DNA of 30,883 nucleotides. It comes from a virus. Its lineage: Duplodnaviria; Caudoviricetes. The position numbers and the translations under genes were made by a program. The stretch is from positions 1-30,883 of IMG/VR virus record IMGVR_UViG_3300005573_000227; one strand, 5' to 3'. The notes under the pieces were generated by a model. It was not told the origin of the DNA and did no database searches. It was given only the letters and a program-made list of their open reading frames with translations. Below, in pieces: positions 24,915 through 30,883 of the stretch. Position 1 is the first letter of the stretch; every line of letters starts with the position of its first letter.

Positions 24915-24916
24915 TA

Positions 24917-25870
24917 TTACACCTCCTTTAGTATATACGGAAAGAGTTTACATTTATTTGGGCATAACCCAAACTTCATCATTGCTCTACATGAATAGGG
25001 AGAATAGTTCTTATTTTTTAGCCATTCGACTTGGTAAATAGAGTATTTCGGATCGAAGTCTGAAAGAATTGATAATACGCTGTATAGCTCTTTTTCTTTG
25101 TTCACAGATAATAGATACGTTGCAAGATGTAGTCGCTCTTGGTGATTTATGTAATTGTTGGTTATTGCTTTCTTTATAATCGATTTAATGCATTCAGGTA
25201 GATCATTGATTTCGATATTAGGTGTTTCAAAGTCTTTCTTTGTTTCTCTGTCGTATTCAAGCAACATTGAAATGATGTGTGAATTCTTGTGCAATGATGA
25301 CTCTAAACCTGAAATCAATATATTATCTGGTGTTTTTGCAGTTCTATGTATCATGCTTTCATTCATATACGGGAAAATCGGTATCATATAACATCCTGTT
25401 TTCGTGTTAATCGTTAAAGGCATTCTTGCCATTCTACGAACGTCACCGATTACGCACATATCAATCATTGTATCGATGCCTATTTCTTTAATGAAGTCTC
25501 TTGCACACTTGCTATAATCATTTAAAACAATAGGTCGGAAATCGATATAGATGTGATAACCACGACCAGAAAAGTAATAACGTGCTCTAATGTCGTATTC
25601 CATTAGTTTGCTTACTACCTTTCTAAAACATTCATAACCATTATCGACATCGATAAAGATTGTATCGTATACTTTTTCTGCAATATTTTTTCTGCTGAAG
25701 ACTGAACCGTATACGTCATTCCCTATGATTAGATCAGCGACGTAATGTTGCATTAGCTCGTTGAAATTCATTAGAGAAATTCTATTTAATCCGTATTCAA
25801 TTGGGAAATTGTTTCTCGTCCAAACGATTATCTCTTTCTCGGCTTTGTCAATATATTGATCCGTTATCAT
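24917..25870 (-). CDS. Archaeo-eukaryotic primase: PriS catalytic domain fused to PriL C-terminal Fe-S domain
   Basis: AEP motifs 'IFIDVD', 'SGRGYHIY', 'GDVRRMARMPLTINTKTG'; PriL-CTD 'LPECI', 'NHQERLHLATYL', 'DFDPKYS.YQV', 'YSPYSC..M...GLCP..C'. Confidence 0.9.
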   Translation of the reverse strand: MITDQYIDKAEKEIIVWTRNNFPIEYGLNRISLMNFNELMQHYVADLIIGNDVYGSVFSRKNIAEKVYDTIFIDVDNGYECFRKVVSKLMEYDIRARYYFSGRGYHIYIDFRPIVLNDYSKCARDFIKEIGIDTMIDMCVIGDVRRMARMPLTINTKTGCYMIPIFPYMNESMIHRTAKTPDNILISGLESSLHKNSHIISMLLEYDRETKKDFETPNIEINDLPECIKSIIKKAITNNYINHQERLHLATYLLSVNKEKELYSVLSILSDFDPKYSIYQVEWLKNKNYSPYSCRAMMKFGLCPNKCKLFPYILKEV

Positions 25871-26894
25871 CGACGACTCCTCCGCCAGTAATAATTCTAT
25901 ATTCTGCGTCTGTCAATAAATCTCTCATTTCGATGTTGCATTCATGGAATCCATTATCATCGATGAATAACGGAACCACGTCACTAAGTTTTGGTTTATT
26001 CTCTACTCTTAAAAACCAAAGTCGTCTGTAATCCTTGTATTCTTTCTTATCTCTTCTATCCATATAAAATAATCGTTTCGTATAATGATGAACGACTATG
26101 CCACCTCTCGCTGATATTGAATCAACTGTAGAATATGGATCAGCTGGATTGAACGATGCTTGCAGTGTAACCAAAATACCGACGCCATACTTATCTTGCA
26201 ATTCTAATAGTTTACCAAATATCAACGCTTGCGCAGACGCTTTAGCCGGGAAATTCTGTTGTTCGTCAGTGAATGTTTGTCGTATTGGTGATGATATGCT
26301 ATCGATTACAACGAATTTTATTCCTTCTTTCTCGATTAATGCGTTAATTTCTGGTTTATTAATTGACTCGATTACTCTGAATTCTAACTTTCCTTTTGTT
26401 CCAGTTTTATCTGTAGCTTTGAAAATGACGTTTGTCTTGAATCCTAAAAATTCATGCAGAGAATAGAGACTCTTTTTCTGTTCGAAATATATTTCTTTTT
26501 TAGGAGAGAATCTTTTTCTGAAAACACTGTCCCAACGCTCGAACATCGTCAGTGCACCGCCTTCTGTATCAATAAAAAGACATGGGACTTCTTTCGCAAA
26601 GCTATATGTTTCTTGTATTGAAAACAATGATTTGCCTGTGTCTGGCTTCCCTACGATTCCTACGATTCCGTCGTTTGTGTAAAAGTAACCATCGAATTTC
26701 TCATTTAGCGTCGGTATACTGCTTGTGTATTTTTTTCTGAAAGACGATAATTCGCTAATTTTCATATTCTTCACCGCCTCTATATGCTTACAATTTCCCT
26801 TGAACAGAAATGAAGGACACGTGCAGAAATTTGATTTATCGATGACATATGTCCCTACACTCCCGTCATAGATAATCATATACCATCCGACCAT
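25848..26894 (-). CDS. RadA/RadB-like ATPase with N-terminal SWIM zinc finger
   Basis: SWIM 'CTCPSFLFKGNCKH'; Walker A 'GKPDTGKS', 'FIDTEGG', Walker B 'VVIDSIS', 'GGIVVHH'. Confidence 0.85.
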   Translation of the reverse strand: MVGWYMIIYDGSVGTYVIDKSNFCTCPSFLFKGNCKHIEAVKNMKISELSSFRKKYTSSIPTLNEKFDGYFYTNDGIVGIVGKPDTGKSLFSIQETYSFAKEVPCLFIDTEGGALTMFERWDSVFRKRFSPKKEIYFEQKKSLYSLHEFLGFKTNVIFKATDKTGTKGKLEFRVIESINKPEINALIEKEGIKFVVIDSISSPIRQTFTDEQQNFPAKASAQALIFGKLLELQDKYGVGILVTLQASFNPADPYSTVDSISARGGIVVHHYTKRLFYMDRRDKKEYKDYRRLWFLRVENKPKLSDVVPLFIDDNGFHECNIEMRDLLTDAEYRIITGGGVVDDNGSIY

Positions 26895-27243
26895 TTTCGT
26901 CGTATATTATGTAGTGATCCTTTTTTCCATTATAAACTAATAGATAGATTTTCCCGGCCTTGATTACGCTTTTTAGTTGCTGAAATGCATAGACATTCGC
27001 TATTATGCTTCCGACACATACAAGAAATACTTTGTCGTATTTGTTCCAGTTTTCATTTTGAACCTTCTCTTTAATTTCTGAAAATATCTTTTCTGTTCGC
27101 TCGTCTGCGACGTCTGAAATAAACCGTTCGGACAACCGCATAATTCGGATGTCTGCATCTTTCCCGAACGTATTCTCAAGTCCTTTCAAAACATTAAATC
27201 CGACTATCTCAGTTGCCAAAATACATACGAATGAGCTCTTCAT
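26866..27243 (-). CDS. Small alpha/beta protein, weak CARF/SAVED/Csx3-like pattern
   Basis: 'KVFLVCVGSIIANVYAFQ...IYLLVYNGKKDHY'; GGTGA SD. Function speculative. Confidence 0.35.
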   Translation of the reverse strand: MKSSFVCILATEIVGFNVLKGLENTFGKDADIRIMRLSERFISDVADERTEKIFSEIKEKVQNENWNKYDKVFLVCVGSIIANVYAFQQLKSVIKAGKIYLLVYNGKKDHYIIYDENGRMVYDYL

Positions 27244-27310
27244 ATCGATTCACCTTTGCGATTTTCTTTCTTTCCACTTTGATAAAAAAAAATAAAAATG
27301 GAAAATGGTT

Positions 27311-27598
27311 TCACGCACCCTTTTTTTCTGTTATTTTAAGGGTAAGTGGCTCTCCTTTGATTGTGAATCTTATACTTTTTTTGTTTAGAATCTCTATATC
27401 GTCCGAGACCATCGACAGAAAACACAGTAATGCGTTAAATCCTTCTGCCATTAAGTCAGAAAAGAAATAAAGTTTAACGTTTTCTTCGCTTATGATGTCT
27501 GCTTTTTTTATCTCCAAGAAATAAAGTTTGTATTGGATAGTGTATTTTTCTTCTGTCTCTGTTCCACCGACAATATCCAACAGCTTTGACACGCTCAT
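27311..27598 (-). CDS. Hypothetical protein
   Basis: 95-aa ORF abutting the upstream stop; GGAGG SD. Confidence 0.55.
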   Translation of the reverse strand: MSVSKLLDIVGGTETEEKYTIQYKLYFLEIKKADIISEENVKLYFFSDLMAEGFNALLCFLSMVSDDIEILNKKSIRFTIKGEPLTLKITEKKGA

Positions 27599-28417
27599 TT
27601 ATTTGCCTCCGAATCCAGCGGCATTGCGTTCGTCAAGCTTTCCATCGTAATCGTCATTTTCTGATAGTCTGGTTGGCAGAATATAAAAGATATGATGCAT
27701 GCCAAAAGTAACGCCTTGTATTAAACAAGGGCTTCCTTCTGCAAACATCAGCGTATAGTTTGTATCAGGGAACAATGATAGCAATGCTATCGCTACAGCC
27801 TTCGATGGATAATATTCTGTAAAGTTTTTGTGTTTATCAGCGACATACATTTTTTTCTGATATGTCAGATAGGCTTTTTCCATGGTCATAAGGAATAGTG
27901 GAGTGCCGTCATCATCGTTCATAGTTGTGAATGATACTTCTGCATATCCTGATTCCATTTCTTTCAAAACGTTCATCATGTTTTTTATTTCTTCGTTATA
28001 AATTAAAACCGATACTTCTCCGTGGTATTTAGATATGTTCGGTATTTCTTTGCATTCTCTTATCCTTACTGTTGCTATTCTGTCGTTGCATTCTAACATT
28101 ATCTTTTTTTCTTTATCAAACACATAGATCATTACGTTATCGTTGTATTCTGGCTCAAGATAATTCACTGCTTCATGAAAGACTTCTGCATCAACAGAGA
28201 AAAAGGTTGTTCCTGTTATTAAGCTAAATTTTTCTCGATCCAATCGCAGATACATTAGCATGTCTCCGTTATCTGATATTGCTTTTACGACGAGCCCGTT
28301 GGGACCAAAAAGTATAGCGTTTTCGTCGTTACTGATTCGATATAATGCTTCCGATATATTCCTCAATAGATGTCCCTTCATTTCGATTTTTGGTTTGTTC
28401 TTCTTGTCTTCATTCAT
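27599..28417 (-). CDS. Diverged PCNA-like sliding clamp (paralogue 1)
   Basis: 'LLRNISEALYRISNDENAILFGPNGLVVKAIS...LMYLRLDREKF', 'VDAEVFHEAV', 'EGSPCLI', 'FYILPTR' follow the PCNA pattern; 272 aa. Confidence 0.7.
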   Translation of the reverse strand: MNEDKKNKPKIEMKGHLLRNISEALYRISNDENAILFGPNGLVVKAISDNGDMLMYLRLDREKFSLITGTTFFSVDAEVFHEAVNYLEPEYNDNVMIYVFDKEKKIMLECNDRIATVRIRECKEIPNISKYHGEVSVLIYNEEIKNMMNVLKEMESGYAEVSFTTMNDDDGTPLFLMTMEKAYLTYQKKMYVADKHKNFTEYYPSKAVAIALLSLFPDTNYTLMFAEGSPCLIQGVTFGMHHIFYILPTRLSENDDYDGKLDERNAAGFGGK

Positions 28418-28815
28418 TTTTTTACCTCCTTTTTTTTTCTAACCTTTTTATAATCCAAACTTGTAACTTGTGTAGTTAGCGTTAAACTAACCCCAGTGTC
28501 TGGGTATTTAAGTATGACATAAAGATTCTTTCCCTTTCCTAAATCCCAGTCCCACGTCAAAATAATATATTTGTTCGGAATTGTTTCTTTGTCTTTTGTG
28601 TCCTTGAAACGCAAAGAAAATAGTGTTCTATCACCGTTTACCGATAAAACTAAAAATTTCATTTCCCAATCCGAATGAGATACCTCAATTGTTTCGCCTT
28701 CGCCTTTTTTGACTTTAATCGCTTCTAATTTTTCAATTTCTGATAACCAATCCTTGAATGCTTGAGCGATCCATGGAGAAAAGAAACCAATCGCTGTTAA
28801 ACGCATTTCGAACAT
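28414..28815 (-). CDS. Hypothetical protein
   Basis: 133-aa ORF, AGGTGA SD, ATGA overlap with the clamp gene. Confidence 0.55.
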   Translation of the reverse strand: MFEMRLTAIGFFSPWIAQAFKDWLSEIEKLEAIKVKKGEGETIEVSHSDWEMKFLVLSVNGDRTLFSLRFKDTKDKETIPNKYIILTWDWDLGKGKNLYVILKYPDTGVSLTLTTQVTSLDYKKVRKKKEVKK

Positions 28816-28836
28816 TTAATCACCTTTTCCTATAAT

Positions 28837-28900
28837 AAAAAAAGGAGGGTTGGGCAGTGCAATCGACGGAGGGCAAAAATCTGACCGCACTGCGCAACCC
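28837..28900 (-). terminator. GC-rich hairpin followed by U-tract (terminator, attenuator or structured RNA)
   Basis: GGGTTGGGCAGTGC (28847-28860) pairs 13/14 with GCACTGCGCAACCC (28887-28900); T7 follows on the minus strand (28843-28837). Confidence 0.55.
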
Positions 28901-28931
28901 AAGTTTTGGGGGAGGGTGGATATGTTCATAG

Positions 28932-29252
28932 TCAATACTTCCCGATAGGGATTTTGATGCATTTAAATTTAAAAATTCTTTCGCCATCATTTTCAATGTC
29001 TTCGCAACGATTCGTATAGTCTTCCAAGTTCAACCAATATCTGTTTTCGATGACTTCCTTCAAAAACTTTAATGCGTGTGGAAGCACAGACTCAGGGATG
29101 CAGACAACCAACCCTTTTCTGTCATCATAGCATACACAACCAGCCCTTAGTTTGTCCCAGAAAATCGTTTCCATTTCTTTTCTATCATACTCATCATATA
29201 TCATTTTTATACCTCCTTTTTTGGGAACATTTTCTACCTGTTCCAATAACAT
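28932..29252 (-). CDS. Hypothetical protein
   Basis: ORF downstream of a TATA box; the internal start MIYDE has a GGAGGT SD, so the true start is uncertain. Confidence 0.5.
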   Translation of the reverse strand: MLLEQVENVPKKGGIKMIYDEYDRKEMETIFWDKLRAGCVCYDDRKGLVVCIPESVLPHALKFLKEVIENRYWLNLEDYTNRCEDIENDGERIFKFKCIKIPIGKY

Positions 29253-29280
29253 GTATATACATGGATATATATATACTTTT
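29250..29280 (-). promoter_or_regulatory. TATA-box promoter with perfect 14-bp palindrome CATGTATATACATG
   Basis: Minus strand AAAAGTATATATATAT followed by the palindrome at 29250-29263. Confidence 0.6.
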
Positions 29281-29315
29281 CCAAGCCTAAAAGTTTGTCT
29301 TTGCTAATCATTTTA

Positions 29316-30014
29316 TCACCGCTTATATAATTCTACCGGCACCAATATAGTAATCCATTCATAATTTTTATTTTTTCTTTCAACCCAAAGGTAATAATGA
29401 TTTTTGTTTCTAATCGTTATATCATCATTTGGCAGTATATAAACAAGATATGATGCTGGGTAATAAGCAAAGCTGTGCCCTTCTTCCCAATTCAGTATAA
29501 ACTTTTCGCTATTTATGACATTTAACTTATGATCGATTGATGTCACTTCAAGCCCGGCATTCGTAATTTCGAAAGAAACATAGTACGCAAACGGTTTAAT
29601 GAACTCCTTCAGTCTCTTTACTTCCTTTTTACCCATGTATACTTTAGTTTTTACATCGCTGTATTTATTCACGTCAAAAGATATAATTCTGTTATTTTGA
29701 TTAACTGGTTCGGTCTCGATTTTATTACTGTTTATCTGCAAAATTCCGTTATTGTATGTTATTTCTATCTCTTTGTCTTTAATCTCTTTTAGAATCGTTA
29801 AAATCTCTTTCATGTTCACATATGAAGGAGTAGTTACTTCAAAATCGCAGTTAGGTAAGAATGCTTCAGAAAAACTAACGAATGCTGGATCAATCGTTCT
29901 AATCCCTAACTTTCCTTCTTTTGTATAGATAACTGCGCATTCATTTAATTCCTTCATTCCATTCGCAATTTCTTTTAATATTCTCTTTCTAACCTTCATT
30001 TTCACGGCCTCCAT
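29316..30014 (-). CDS. Diverged PCNA-like sliding clamp (paralogue 2)
   Basis: 'LKEIANGMKELNECAVI...GKLGIRTIDPAFVSFSEAFLP', 'YVNMKEILTILK', 'AYYPASYL', 'ILVP'; contains the PCNA 'DPA.V' motif. Confidence 0.75.
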   Translation of the reverse strand: MEAVKMKVRKRILKEIANGMKELNECAVIYTKEGKLGIRTIDPAFVSFSEAFLPNCDFEVTTPSYVNMKEILTILKEIKDKEIEITYNNGILQINSNKIETEPVNQNNRIISFDVNKYSDVKTKVYMGKKEVKRLKEFIKPFAYYVSFEITNAGLEVTSIDHKLNVINSEKFILNWEEGHSFAYYPASYLVYILPNDDITIRNKNHYYLWVERKNKNYEWITILVPVELYKR

Positions 30015-30023
30015 TTTTTTCTA

Positions 30024-30058
30024 ATACATGTATGGACAACTAACTATATATATTTTTC
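30024..30058 (-). promoter_or_regulatory. TATA-box promoter with palindrome ATACATGTAT
   Basis: Minus strand GAAAAATATATATAG upstream of ATG 30014; palindrome at 30024-30033. Confidence 0.55.
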
Positions 30059-30204
30059 TAAATCAACAACGATAGGTTATGAGAAAGAATATGACTAACT
30101 CAAAGAATACCGTTGTAAGACTAGAAGATAATAGTTTTATTTTTTACGTTTAATATAAAAATAAATTATATATTAACTTAATTATTTTAGTGCTACTCTA
30201 CATT

Positions 30205-30380
30205 ATTAATGATTAATGCTTAATGATTGTCTCTATTAGTGATTGCGCTTATAATGATTAGCCATATATTATGATTGACCGTAGTGGTTATGTTTAGCGC
30301 TATTATATCTATGTTTATAATGATTAGCCGTATGTTAAGATACTATTAGTTTAATCGTTTAACCGTAGTGATTAACCGTA
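30205..30380. repeat. Degenerate short repeats TA(A/G)TGATT
   Basis: TGATT at 30210, 30224, 30240, 30255, 30272, 30321 and 30369 (TGGTT at 30285); irregular spacing of 13-17 nt. Confidence 0.65.
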
Positions 30381-30419
30381 TACGTAAGTACTATACTATT
30401 GGTTAATATCATTAAGTTA

Positions 30420-30705
30420 ATTTTATAGTTTATTCGGTACAATCTTTATATATCGTTTTTCAGTTTTATTTTGTCCGATTGGTTAATATCTTTACCAATA
30501 AAAACTATAAAATGCTTGCTAACATTATATACCAAATAAAATGATAAAAACGATTATAAAGATTATACACAAAATAAAATGATAAAAAACAGTGATCACC
30601 GTTATATTATATACCAAATAAAACTATAAAAACAGTGAAATCCTTTTAATGATATTAACGATAGTCGTTATAATTTAAATTTATACAAAATAAAAATATA
30701 AAAAG
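30420..30705. repeat. Iteron-like direct and inverted repeats in an AT-rich region (candidate origin or genome-end region)
   Basis: ATTATATACCAAATAAAA exact at 30524-30541 and 30606-30623; variants near 30491, 30562 and 30681; 30421-30475 is an imperfect inverted copy of about 30531-30590. Confidence 0.7.
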
Positions 30706-30763
30706 GATTTAACGGTTTAGGATAATCATTAATATAATATTAAATATAAATAAATTAAAAGGT

Positions 30764-30883
30764 TTATAGTAATTCACCGCACTCCATACATGTCTGATAA
30801 GTCGGAATTTGATATTTAACGATAAGCGCATTAGCGACTTCAACTGGAACAGTCCAATAGAAATCTGATTTAACAATAGCTTC
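30764..30883 (-). CDS. 3' end of a gene running off the window (terminal CxxC)
   Basis: Open frame ...EAIVKSDFYWTVPVEVANALIVKYQIPTYQTCMECGELL-stop. Confidence 0.55.
   Translation of the reverse strand, partial: EAIVKSDFYWTVPVEVANALIVKYQIPTYQTCMECGELL

Larger units (their letters stand above)
1..30883. mobile_element. Archaeal tailed virus (Caudoviricetes) genome segment; free virus vs provirus not determinable
   Basis: Terminase, portal, HK97-type capsid, neck and tail genes together with archaeal-type primase, PCNA, RadA-like and XPF genes. No cellular housekeeping operons or integrase in the window. Confidence 0.95.

Noticed and set aside
28847-28900. tRNA or box C/D sRNA
   Set aside because: A single long stem with no cloverleaf or TTCGA T-loop. 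One CTGA on + has no matching box C.
854-29290. Antisense and alternate-frame ORFs in the track (e.g. 854-1084, 4569-4883, 5037-5564, 12207-12630, 16346-18088 on +, 21783-22363, 26098-26466, 29072-29290)
   Set aside because: They lie within well-supported genes on the opposite strand or frame and have no motifs or ribosome-binding sites; treated as shadows.
30205-30380. TIGR or CRISPR array
   Set aside because: Repeat spacing is irregular (13-17, 36, 48 nt) with no constant 18/36-nt period and no 25-40-nt identical repeats with unique spacers.

Overview
This window (about 35% GC by eye) is most of the genome of a tailed archaeal virus (Caudoviricetes, HK97-fold capsid, probably siphovirus-like). 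The archaeal host is inferred from GGTGA-type Shine-Dalgarno sites, TATA boxes about 25 nt before ATGs, and archaeal-type replication genes. The layout has five parts. (1) 1-10151 (+): neck and tail module with adaptor, gp10-like protein, terminator, LamG protein, tail tube, chaperone with an apparent +1 frameshift, short tape measure, Dit-like protein and hub/fibre. (2) 10416-14877 (+): portal, a probable ADP-ribosyltransferase-domain protein and a PurD-like ATP-grasp ligase. (3) 15258-18111 (-): scaffold, major capsid protein, decoration protein and a caspase/gingipain-fold protease. (4) 18575-20622 (-): a circularly permuted metallophosphoesterase coupled to a nuclease-less IS110/Nop-domain (TasA-like) protein, then a small membrane protein. 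(5) 20970-30014 (-): RHH regulator, terminase, XPF/ERCC4 nuclease, RPA-like OB fold, PriS-PriL fusion primase, SWIM-RadA ATPase and two diverged PCNA paralogues, followed by an AT-rich repeat region (possible origin). No integrase, polymerase, canonical prohead protease, tRNA or CRISPR/TIGR array was found. The most novel candidates are the permuted phosphoesterase plus Nop-domain pair, the inverted non-coding element bracketing a 10.4-kb head segment, the enzyme cluster between portal and capsid, and the +1 frameshift. All protein calls come from motif recognition by eye; no database search was run.
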